The notes under the pieces were generated by a model. That model was not told where the DNA came from and ran no database searches. It saw only the letters and a program-made list of their open reading frames with translations. Both the position numbers and the translations under genes were made by a program. A stretch of DNA of 64,000 bases from Rickettsiales bacterium (GTDB taxonomy: Bacteria > Pseudomonadota > Alphaproteobacteria > Rickettsiales > UBA998): the NCBI GenBank assembly GCA_046348685.1, contig JAXMDT010000003.1, positions 131,749 through 195,748 on the forward strand. Reading direction: 5' to 3'. This document shows, in pieces, positions 26,573 to 34,720 of the stretch. Position 1 is the stretch's first letter. The number at the start of each line of letters is the position of its first letter.

Positions 26573-27220
26573 ATGGCGCATCCCACGATGATGGCTGAAA
26601 TGCTGGCAACCAAGCTTTGTCATGATCTGACAGGGCCAATTGGTGCGGTTAATAACGGCGCGGAATTCATCAGCGATGAAGATTTCTCCATGCAGGGAGA
26701 CGCGCTGCAATTGATTACAGACAGTGCACGCGAGGCTTCGGTACGTCTGCAATTCTACCGTCAGTCCTATGGCAGTATCAAAGGCGCTGGCGAAGTTAGC
26801 CTGGCAGAAAAAAAACAGCTTGTTTCCGGGTTTTTTAAAAATAGCCGTATCCAGGTCGACTGGCCTGATCTTTATGCCGATGCCGGCAATGTCTCTTTGG
26901 CGCAGCGGACGTCGCGCTTGATGCTAAATATGATTATTATTGTAGCCGGCACGATGATTAAAGGCGGCACGCTGCACATCCGTATTGAACAGGATGGTGA
27001 TGCCGATAAGGTCATTACTATCAAGGCGGAAGCCGACGTACTGAAGGTCGATCCGGAGGTTTTAAAAATTCTTGATCGTTCCAGCGATGCGCCGGAAATG
27101 TCGCCGAAGAATGTCCAGGTTTATTTTACGGCCAATCTCGTCAATGAGCTCACCGTTACGCTTTCTCATGCGCATCAAGACGGAACATTTTCGTTAATTG
27201 CGCGTAAATCCGCGGCATGA
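26573..27220 (+). CDS. chpT: ChpT-family histidine phosphotransferase
   Basis: 'MLATKLCHDLTGPIGAVNNGAEFI' matches the Caulobacter ChpT 'LAARLCHDFISPASAIVSGLDLL' phospho-His helix. A degenerate CA-like C-terminal half follows. 215 aa. Confidence 0.8.
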   Translation: MAHPTMMAEMLATKLCHDLTGPIGAVNNGAEFISDEDFSMQGDALQLITDSAREASVRLQFYRQSYGSIKGAGEVSLAEKKQLVSGFFKNSRIQVDWPDLYADAGNVSLAQRTSRLMLNMIIIVAGTMIKGGTLHIRIEQDGDADKVITIKAEADVLKVDPEVLKILDRSSDAPEMSPKNVQVYFTANLVNELTVTLSHAHQDGTFSLIARKSAA

Positions 27221-27328
27221 CCGCCGCAGGTTTTTCTAAAATAAGTTGTATCCCTTTAAGAATCCATAAAAGTAGTTGTGTAATAATAATGATATCTATA
27301 CTTCATTAGCTTATGCACAGGGCCACCC

Positions 27329-30019
27329 ATGGATGATCTGATCAGTGAATTTATTACGGAAACCTCGGAAAGCATTTCGATGCTGGATCAGGAACTCGTC
27401 AAGCTGGAGCAGAATCCGGAAGATACCGAAATTCTTAGCAATATTTTCCGCCTTGTGCATACGATCAAAGGCACCTGCGGCTTTTTGGGGCTGCCGCGTC
27501 TTGAATCCGTAGCGCATGCCGGGGAAAATGTACTCGGAAGAGTTCGGGATAAGGAAATCCCGGCATCGCCCGCAGCAATTTCACTGGTACTTGAAGCGCT
27601 GGATGCTATACGCAATATCATTGAATATCTTGCCGCGAACGGCAAAGAGCCTGAAGGCAACGACGACAGCCTGCGTTCGCGGTTAAATGAGTTTGCGCTA
27701 AGTGGGGGTAAAAGCACCGCCGCCGCCGCACCGACACCGCCGCCTGCACCAAAAATAGAGCCTGCCGATCCACTCAATCCAACAGAAGCAGAACTACAAG
27801 CCATTTTCGACGCCGCTCCAGGTCCTGGCGAAGCGCCGAAGGCTTTCGCACAAGAGCCGGCGAAGAAAGAGGAAGCCGCTGCATCCGTGCCGGTGGCAAA
27901 AGAATTGCCAAAGGCGATCAAGGAAGAGGCCATTCAACAAGGGCTGAAAACCGATGCCAAAGCCGGTCAGGATGCCCTTGCCAATCAAAGCATTCGCGTC
28001 AATTTGGACGTCCTTGAAAATCTGATGCGCATGGTTGGCGAACTAGTATTGATTCGTAACCAGTTGCTGCAAATATCGCGTACACGTGACGATAGTGAAT
28101 TCAGCAGCCCGCTTCAGCAGCTCAGCCATATTACGACAGAGCTGCAGGAGGGCGTAATGAAAACACGCATGCAGCCGATCGGCAATGCATGGTCAAAATT
28201 TCCGCGCCTGATTCGCGACCTATCGATGGAACTCAATAAGAAAATTGAGCTTAAAATGCTCGGTGCGGAAACAGAACTGGATCGCCAGCTGCTGGAGTTG
28301 ATCAAGGACCCGCTGACGCACATGGTACGTAACTCTTGTGATCACGGCCTTGAAGGACCGGAAGACCGTCTTGCAGCGGGTAAGCCTGAAACCGGCACCG
28401 TGACGCTCAGCGCGTATCACGAGGGTGGTCATATTATCGTCGATATTATTGATGATGGGCGCGGCATTTCTATTGAACGCGTCAAAGCAAAAGCTATTCA
28501 GAACAAGCTGGCAACGGAAGCCGAGATCGAGCAGATGTCAGAGCAGCAGATCATGCAATTCATTTTCCGCGCTGGATTCTCGACGGCAGAGAAGGTGACC
28601 AGTGTGTCAGGCCGTGGCGTTGGAATGGATGTGGTCCGCACCAATATTGAAAAAATTGGCGGCACAGTCGAACTCCAATCCAAAGTTGGCTTTGGCTCGA
28701 CGTTCCATATCAAGATTCCGCTGACGCTAGCTATTGTATCCGTCATGATCGTCGAATCCTCAAAGCAGCGCTTCGCTATTCCGCAGATCAATGTCGTCGA
28801 ATTGGTGCGCACCGGCAAAGACGCCGAATACAAAGTGGAAATCATCAATGGCACACCGGTGCTTCGCCTGCGCGAAACGCTGCTGCCGATGATTTCGCTG
28901 GCAAAGGTGCTAGGTATGCCCGAAACACCGTTCGATCATAAAAAAGAAAACCGTTATGTTGTGGTATGCCGCGTTGGAGCTAATGATTTCGGCCTGATTG
29001 TTGATAGCATTTATGATACCGAAGAAATCGTCGTGAAGCCGGTTTCCGAGAAGCTGTCTCATATTAACGTCTATTCGGGAAATACCGTGCTCGGCGATGG
29101 TAGCGTTATTATGATCCTTGATCCGACGGGTATTCTGCGCCGCATTGAAGGCGAAGCGCTGTCTGCTGCAGCGAAGGGCTCGCTAAGCACGGAAACAACA
29201 GATGAACTGCTTGCTGAAGATATGGTCAGCTTCCTGCTATTCAGTACCGGTGTTGGTGCGCCCAAAGCGGTGGCGCTTGAGCTGGTGGCGCGGCTTGAGG
29301 AGCTGGATGCCTCGCAGGTGGAATACTCCAATGGGCGTCCTGTGGTTCAGTACCGTGAGGATCTCATGTTGCTCACCACGACCGGCGACATGCCTATTCC
29401 AACAGAAGGTGCATTTGAAGCCATCGTATTTGCTTATGACGGTAAGTCCGTTGGTTTGGTGGTGAAGGAAGTGCTCGACATTCTCTCCGCTCCGCCACGC
29501 GTCCAAATCGGCTCCAAGGATGATACGTATCTTGGCAGTCTGGTCATGAATGGACGCACGACAGATGTGCTTGATGTTGGCAAGATGCTTTCCCGCATTC
29601 TGAATATTTCTGCGCATGTGGTTGGCACCCTCGGTAATCACTCCCAAGATATCCGCGTCTTATTAGTGGATGACAGTATGTTCTTCCGCAATCTTACGGT
29701 GCCTTTCCTGACTGAAGTCGGCTATAAAGTAATGGCTGTTGCGGGTGCGGAAGAAGCGCTGGCGGCAATGAAGAAGCACCAATTCGATGTAATCGTTACC
29801 GATATCGAAATGCCAAAAATCGATGGATTCGAGCTCACGCGGCAGATTCGCAGATTACCGCAAGGTGCTGATTTAAAAATAATTGGTTTCACAGCTACGT
29901 TCAGTGACGCTATTCAGGAAAGAGTCGTGCAAAGCGGCATGGATACCTGCATCATGAAGATGGAGCGTGAGAAATTGATTCTTGCTATTGCACATCATAA
30001 TGAACTGGAGACGGTCTGA
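27329..30019 (+). CDS. cheA: Chemotaxis histidine kinase CheA, hybrid with C-terminal receiver
   Basis: HPt 'FRLVHTIKGTCGFLGL' and an Ala/Pro-rich linker. HATPase motifs are 'HMVRNSCDHGLE', 'DDGRGI' and 'GRGVGMDVV'. Two CheW-like regions follow, then REC 'VLLVDDSMFFRN...VTDIEMPKIDG'. Confidence 0.9.
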   Translation: MDDLISEFITETSESISMLDQELVKLEQNPEDTEILSNIFRLVHTIKGTCGFLGLPRLESVAHAGENVLGRVRDKEIPASPAAISLVLEALDAIRNIIEYLAANGKEPEGNDDSLRSRLNEFALSGGKSTAAAAPTPPPAPKIEPADPLNPTEAELQAIFDAAPGPGEAPKAFAQEPAKKEEAAASVPVAKELPKAIKEEAIQQGLKTDAKAGQDALANQSIRVNLDVLENLMRMVGELVLIRNQLLQISRTRDDSEFSSPLQQLSHITTELQEGVMKTRMQPIGNAWSKFPRLIRDLSMELNKKIELKMLGAETELDRQLLELIKDPLTHMVRNSCDHGLEGPEDRLAAGKPETGTVTLSAYHEGGHIIVDIIDDGRGISIERVKAKAIQNKLATEAEIEQMSEQQIMQFIFRAGFSTAEKVTSVSGRGVGMDVVRTNIEKIGGTVELQSKVGFGSTFHIKIPLTLAIVSVMIVESSKQRFAIPQINVVELVRTGKDAEYKVEIINGTPVLRLRETLLPMISLAKVLGMPETPFDHKKENRYVVVCRVGANDFGLIVDSIYDTEEIVVKPVSEKLSHINVYSGNTVLGDGSVIMILDPTGILRRIEGEALSAAAKGSLSTETTDELLAEDMVSFLLFSTGVGAPKAVALELVARLEELDASQVEYSNGRPVVQYREDLMLLTTTGDMPIPTEGAFEAIVFAYDGKSVGLVVKEVLDILSAPPRVQIGSKDDTYLGSLVMNGRTTDVLDVGKMLSRILNISAHVVGTLGNHSQDIRVLLVDDSMFFRNLTVPFLTEVGYKVMAVAGAEEALAAMKKHQFDVIVTDIEMPKIDGFELTRQIRRLPQGADLKIIGFTATFSDAIQERVVQSGMDTCIMKMEREKLILAIAHHNELETV

Positions 30020-30498
30020 TGAGCGGGCAATTGCAGGCAGTTGATAAATCCACTGCGATCTCGGTTGCTGATGTCTCCCGGCATGGTTACGTTACTGTCA
30101 GGGTGGCAAACCAACTATTCGGTATACCTGTCACAAACGTACAGGATGTACTTCGTGCACAGAAAATTTATGTCGTGCCACTGGCTCCCAAAGAAATTGC
30201 CGGTTCGATTAATCTGCGGGGTCGTATTGTGACGGTAATCGACCTTAGAAAACGTTTAGGCCTGCCGGATTTCGAAGCGGAAGCCAAGGTTATGCATGTG
30301 GTCGTTGAGTCAGGCGGGGAGCCTTTCAGTTTAATGGTCGATGCAGTAGGCGATGTATTAACTCTTTCACCGGAACGTGTTGAAAAAACTCCAACAAATC
30401 TTCGTGGCATCTGGCGCGAAGTCGCCACAGGCGTGTGTCGCTTGGATCAAGAGCTATTATTAATTGTAGATATTCAAGCTATATTAACATTTTCATGA
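30019..30498 (+). CDS. cheW: Chemotaxis coupling protein CheW
   Basis: 159 aa, with 'FGIPVTNVQDVL...PLAPKEIAGSINLRGRIVTVIDLRKRLG'. The start overlaps the cheA stop (ATGA). Confidence 0.9.
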   Translation: MSGQLQAVDKSTAISVADVSRHGYVTVRVANQLFGIPVTNVQDVLRAQKIYVVPLAPKEIAGSINLRGRIVTVIDLRKRLGLPDFEAEAKVMHVVVESGGEPFSLMVDAVGDVLTLSPERVEKTPTNLRGIWREVATGVCRLDQELLLIVDIQAILTFS

Positions 30499-30573
30499 AA
30501 TGATCGTAAATACCCGGAACAGCGCACTTAACCGGGATTTATTAAGCACGGATTATGTGTCTGGAGAGCGATC

Positions 30574-30942
30574 ATGAAAACCGCTATGGTGGTAGACGAT
30601 TCAAAAATCGTCCGCAATGTAACGAAGAAGATTTTGGAGACGCTTGGCTATTCTGTCGTTGAGGCGGAAAACGGTAAACTGGCGCTGGATGTATTTACCG
30701 CAAACCATCCCTCACTCATCATGCTAGACTGGCATATGCCGGAGATGGACGGCCTGGCCTTTTTGAAAGTATTGCGCTCGTCAACGCCAGGCGGCGATAA
30801 GCCTGTCGTAGTTTTTTGTACTACGGAAACGGCCCTGAATCATATTCAGGAAGCGATCATAGCAGGCGCTAACGAATACGTCATGAAGCCTTTTGACGAA
30901 GAGATTATCCGCGGCAAGCTCCAACAACTCGGCCTGTTGTAG
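30574..30942 (+). CDS. cheY: Chemotaxis response regulator CheY
   Basis: 122-aa single REC domain: 'VVDDSKIVRN', 'IMLDWHMPEMDG', 'YVMKPF'. Confidence 0.9.
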   Translation: MKTAMVVDDSKIVRNVTKKILETLGYSVVEAENGKLALDVFTANHPSLIMLDWHMPEMDGLAFLKVLRSSTPGGDKPVVVFCTTETALNHIQEAIIAGANEYVMKPFDEEIIRGKLQQLGLL

Positions 30943-30956
30943 GAGATACCTTTAAA

Positions 30957-32105
30957 ATGGCCGCATCCGTGCAGACAACAAAGTCGCCTGTTAGAGTCAT
31001 GATTGTTGATGACTCTGCGATCGTGCGCGGCCTCATTAGCAAAATGCTGGGCGAGCAACGCTCAATTGAAATCGTTGCGACTGCCTTCGATGGCTTTTCA
31101 GCAATCGCGGAAATTCAACGCCACCATGTGGACGTTGTCATCCTTGATATTGAAATGCCGCGTATGGATGGGCTGACCGCGCTACCAGAACTGCTTAAAG
31201 TATCTCCGCACTCCAAAGTCATCATTGCCTCTACCATGTCGCAACGAAACGCTGAAATCAGCTTACGCGCTCTTAGCCTTGGCGCGAGTGACTATATCGC
31301 TAAGCCTACCTCACAGCGCGATAAGGAAAATAATGATCAATTTTACCGTGAGTTATTCGAAAAAATCATGGCGCTTGCGTCAGCCTCGTCGACGCCTGCC
31401 TATGTCAAGCCTGAGCAGGGGGCAGCGGCATCCATTCAGAAAACCCCGATGGGAAACGCTTTTAAAAGCGATGCACCAGAAATCAAGAAAAATGCACTGG
31501 GCGATTCTTCTATCTATCCAAATAAGGTGCCGCGTGCGATTGCGATTGCCTCTTCCACGGGTGGCCCGCAGGCGCTTTTGAAACTTTTTGCGCATACAAA
31601 AGGCAGGCTAAGCCATTTGCCAATTTTTATTACGCAGCATATGCCGCCTAATTTTACGACGATTCTGGCAACGAATATCCGCCAGACGGCGGAAAAGGAC
31701 TGCCATGAGGCAGTCGATGGCGAAAAAGTAAAAAATGGCATAATTTATCTGGCGCCCGGCGACTTTCACCTTCAGCCGGTCGTGCGCGACCGCGAGGTTA
31801 TGATCAGCCTGAACCAAAATCCGCCGGTGAATTTCTGCCGGCCTGCGGCTGATCCCATGATCGAATCGCTTCTGGATATTTATGGCCAGCATTTACTTGT
31901 CCTGGTTCTGACCGGTATGGGCTCCGATGGTTACCTTGCCGCACAAAAAGTCCATAAAGCGGGCGGTACGGTTATCGCACAAGACAAAGATTCCTCGGTG
32001 GTGTGGGGTATGCCGCGTGCGGTTGCAGAAAACCAGGCGTGCAGGGCAGTGCTCTCGCTCGAGGACATTCCTGCGTATCTCCTTAAAGCATGTAGGGAGG
32101 GCTAG
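30957..32105 (+). CDS. cheB: Chemotaxis methylesterase/deamidase CheB
   Basis: N-terminal REC 'VMIVDDSAIVR...ILDIEMPRMDG'. C-terminal esterase domain 'IAIASSTGGPQAL', 'ITQHMPPNFT', 'LTGMGSDG'. Confidence 0.9.
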   Translation: MAASVQTTKSPVRVMIVDDSAIVRGLISKMLGEQRSIEIVATAFDGFSAIAEIQRHHVDVVILDIEMPRMDGLTALPELLKVSPHSKVIIASTMSQRNAEISLRALSLGASDYIAKPTSQRDKENNDQFYRELFEKIMALASASSTPAYVKPEQGAAASIQKTPMGNAFKSDAPEIKKNALGDSSIYPNKVPRAIAIASSTGGPQALLKLFAHTKGRLSHLPIFITQHMPPNFTTILATNIRQTAEKDCHEAVDGEKVKNGIIYLAPGDFHLQPVVRDREVMISLNQNPPVNFCRPAADPMIESLLDIYGQHLLVLVLTGMGSDGYLAAQKVHKAGGTVIAQDKDSSVVWGMPRAVAENQACRAVLSLEDIPAYLLKACREG

Positions 32106-32106
32106 G

Positions 32107-32919
32107 ATGCGTCCGGAAGATTTTGATGTCCTGGCAGGCCTTCTGACGCAGCGTTCCGGTATCGCGCTGACGCCGGATAAGCAGTATTTGCTCGAAACAC
32201 GTCTACAACCTATCCTTGCAGGGCTGAATTGCAAAACCATTGGCGATCTCATTACGAAACTCAAGCTGGACAGCAAGAATGACGCTTTAATACGCGAAGT
32301 GATCGAAGCGATGACGACGAACGAGTCCATGTTCTTTCGCGACATTAAGCCTTTTGAACAACTGAAAAAAATGGTTTTCCCCGAAATCAAGAATAAGCAA
32401 GGAACAATTCGCATCTGGAGCGCGGCATGCTCCAATGGCCAGGAGCCTTACTCCATCGCTATCAGTATATTAGAAGAGAAAAACAATCTTAACGGCGCGC
32501 AGTTTGAAATTCTGGCGACGGACCTGGATACTAAGGTGATCAAAAAAGCGCAGGAGGGGCTATATACTCAGTTCGAGGTTCAACGTGGCCTGCCTATTAC
32601 CACGCTGCTTTCCAATTTTTCGCAGGAAGCCAACAATAACTGGCGCATTAAGGATCATGTGAAATCAATGGTAAGATTCCGTCAGTTCAACCTTCTTGAT
32701 AGCTTCGCACTGCACGGCAAGTTTGATATCATCATGTGTCGCAACGTGTTGATTTATTTTGATGATGCGACCAAGCGTGACATCCTGAAGAAATTATCGC
32801 AGGCGCTGCAGCCAAACGGGTATCTGTTTCTGGGTGCTGCCGAAACAATCATCGGATTGTCAGATGATCTGAAGCCATTTGGCAATGAACGTGGTATTTA
32901 CGTTCGGGTAAATCCTTAG
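32107..32919 (+). CDS. cheR: Chemotaxis methyltransferase CheR
   Basis: 'FDVLAGLLTQRSGIAL', 'NESMFFRD', 'IRIWSAACSNGQEPYSIAI', 'FDIIMCRNVLIYFD'. Start moved to ATG 32107, 1 nt after the cheB stop. The listed 31927 extension overlaps cheB. Confidence 0.9.
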   Translation: MRPEDFDVLAGLLTQRSGIALTPDKQYLLETRLQPILAGLNCKTIGDLITKLKLDSKNDALIREVIEAMTTNESMFFRDIKPFEQLKKMVFPEIKNKQGTIRIWSAACSNGQEPYSIAISILEEKNNLNGAQFEILATDLDTKVIKKAQEGLYTQFEVQRGLPITTLLSNFSQEANNNWRIKDHVKSMVRFRQFNLLDSFALHGKFDIIMCRNVLIYFDDATKRDILKKLSQALQPNGYLFLGAAETIIGLSDDLKPFGNERGIYVRVNP

Positions 32920-33536
32920 TGTAATATAATTGGGGCGGCGATAAAGGCTGCATGAATAACACGGTCGCCCGGACTGATGCCTTGATTCTGCGTTACGCCG
33001 CCTTTCAGAAAAAGCATGGCTTTCATCGGAGCGTCCGGCTGGAGGGCCTTATTGATGTTTGAAAGAATAACATTTGGAGCAATCGCTTTAATAACGCCTT
33101 CTTCATCAATAAAAAGAATATCGAGAGGCTTATAAAGCTTATTGGGTTGCAATGTAAAACGTTGAGGAATGTCATAAGTGATCATGACACCGTCTTTTTC
33201 CTTAAGCGACTCCAGCGAGAAAAACCATTCCATTGAAAGGGCCGTAGGATCGCGCACCTCAACGTTAAAGTAATGCTTTGCTTTCTCGTCAGAGGTTTTT
33301 GTTTTTTCATCTGAAACGGTTTTCTCTGATTTGTCGGTTGTTTCTTTTTGATTTTCTTTAGAGTCTTCGCCTTTATCGTCGCTTTTGCTTTTTGCATCCT
33401 CCTCCTTATTGGTTTCCGGTACCTTAGGATTGGACACGATGGTTATGGTAGAGCGAGTAAAAACGACGGGATTAACTTGTTGGGCAAGAACCGGGGCATT
33501 TAGCAGAATCAGGATTAGGAAAAGTAACCGGGACAT
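32916..33536 (-). CDS. Secreted DUF192-like protein with Lys/Glu/Asp-rich insert
   Basis: Signal peptide 'LLFLILILLNAPVLA', a low-complexity stretch 'NKEEDAKSKSDDKGEDSKENQKETTDKSEKTVSDEKTKTSDEKAK', and the C-terminal 'PLDILFIDEEGVIKAI...MLFLKGG'. It is paralogous to 33540-34013. Confidence 0.55.
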   Translation of the reverse strand: MSRLLFLILILLNAPVLAQQVNPVVFTRSTITIVSNPKVPETNKEEDAKSKSDDKGEDSKENQKETTDKSEKTVSDEKTKTSDEKAKHYFNVEVRDPTALSMEWFFSLESLKEKDGVMITYDIPQRFTLQPNKLYKPLDILFIDEEGVIKAIAPNVILSNINKALQPDAPMKAMLFLKGGVTQNQGISPGDRVIHAAFIAAPIILH

Positions 33537-33539
33537 AAT

Positions 33540-34013
33540 CTACCTTTGAGTCGGAAGAGAATATTCTACTGTATCACCCTCTTCAATTGAGAGTTTCTTT
33601 ACTGTGCCGGCAGGAACTTCCAATACAGCCGCCACCTTCTCCGCCGGACCGATGGAATCCAAAGAAAGCGGCTGGGTGCTTTCGGCGATCATGGTAATTC
33701 TTCCCTCGGTTCCGACAAAAATCATGTCGAGCGGTATATATGTATTCTTCATCCACATTTGCATCCTGCGTGGCGGATCCTGTGGAAACAGCATTCCCTG
33801 ATTTTCTGCTAAAGATGAGCGATACATGAGGCCGGTTTCCTGCTCCGCGTCAGTCATGGCGACTTCGGCGAGAATGGCGGCAGGGTTTTTTTTAGTCAAA
33901 ATGCGGACCAAGGTCGTTTTTTGGCCATTTTCCGCTGCATGCACAGGGAATGCGATAGCCAATATTAGACATACAAAACTCAGGCTATTCAAATGCTTCA
34001 GGCGTATTGTCAC
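33540..34013 (-). CDS. Secreted DUF192 (COG1430) protein
   Basis: 'ETGLMYRSSLAENQGMLF...MWMKNTYIPLDMIFVGTEGRI...VLEVPAGT...GDTV' fits the DUF192 pattern. A signal peptide is present. Confidence 0.7.
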   Translation of the reverse strand: MTIRLKHLNSLSFVCLILAIAFPVHAAENGQKTTLVRILTKKNPAAILAEVAMTDAEQETGLMYRSSLAENQGMLFPQDPPRRMQMWMKNTYIPLDMIFVGTEGRITMIAESTQPLSLDSIGPAEKVAAVLEVPAGTVKKLSIEEGDTVEYSLPTQR

Positions 34014-34084
34014 GAAAACTTCATAATGGAAAAGCGCACGTTATGCTATGATTTTACCCATTGAACATACGAGGGAGAGTGTCG

Positions 34085-34693
34085 ATGTCCAGAGGATTCA
34101 TGGGTGGCGGCGGTGGAATGTTTGGTAAGAAAAAAAAGAAAAAATCCGCGCGGGAAATTTTTGAAGCAAAACGAAGAGGAGAAGATGACGAGTCGCTTAC
34201 ACCGGAACAACGTTACCAGAAACTGGTTAAGGAAAAAACGGAGGACCTCCGTAAGCAAATGTCCAAAGGAAGCAAGTTCACCCTCCCCGGAACCGACCCT
34301 GAAGCTGGTCAAAAACTTTCCAAATCCGCCGAAGCGCTTATCGAAATGATGGCGCAGAAGCAAGCCAAGAAAGAAGCCAAGAAACAGAAAGCGGCTTCGG
34401 CCATCCAAGCGAAATGGCTGGGCAGCGCCGGTAGAATTGACAAATCTGGTAAAATCTATGGTCCCGACGGCAAGTGCGTAGCGAAAGTGGATGCAAAAAC
34501 CGGTAAGATTAAAGCGTCTAGCGGTCGCAGCCTTGGTAAATACGACCCTAAATCGCCGATGAACGAGACGAAGATCATACGCTACATCCAAAGCCAGCAA
34601 AAGAAGCCCGCGCCGGCTGGAACAGGTCTTGGAAATGTTGGCAATTTCTGGGGCGGCGGCGACGACAACAAAGGTGGTGGTTTTTGGGGATAG
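34085..34693 (+). CDS. Hypothetical protein, strongly basic and Gly/Lys-rich, probably disordered
   Basis: ATG 34085 is preceded by GAGGGAGAG. The sequence runs 'MSRGFMGGGGGMFGKKKKKK...' and ends 'WGGGDDNKGGGFWG'. I recognise no family. The antisense ORF 34046-34600 is judged a shadow. Confidence 0.5.
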   Translation: MSRGFMGGGGGMFGKKKKKKSAREIFEAKRRGEDDESLTPEQRYQKLVKEKTEDLRKQMSKGSKFTLPGTDPEAGQKLSKSAEALIEMMAQKQAKKEAKKQKAASAIQAKWLGSAGRIDKSGKIYGPDGKCVAKVDAKTGKIKASSGRSLGKYDPKSPMNETKIIRYIQSQQKKPAPAGTGLGNVGNFWGGGDDNKGGGFWG

Positions 34694-34720
34694 CTATACC
34701 TTCTAGGATTGAGCTCCGAC

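Noticed and set aside
27388-27933. 181-aa minus-strand ORF opposite the cheA HPt-linker region. Similar antisense ORFs occur throughout cheA, the Sel1 gene, the PEPC-like gene and icd.
   Set aside because: These lie opposite genes with unambiguous homology, and they have low-complexity Ala/Ser/Pro content typical of GC-rich antisense frames.
31927-32106. Long N-terminal extensions in the ORF track: cheR 31927, SIS protein 22447, bolA 46460, dapA 41684, apaG 51762, hsp20 9449, tas 18987, zinc-ribbon gene 50385, ftsE 50368.
   Set aside because: In each case the extension overlaps a neighbouring gene or lacks homology. An internal ATG with a purine-rich RBS gives the length and N-terminus expected for the family.
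34046-34600. 184-aa minus-strand ORF antisense to the Lys/Gly-rich gene.
   Set aside because: Its Phe/Leu-rich composition is the mirror of Lys/Glu codons. The plus-strand frame has a strong GAGGGAGAG RBS and continues into a plus-strand operon. Coding status of the plus ORF still rests only on that reasoning.
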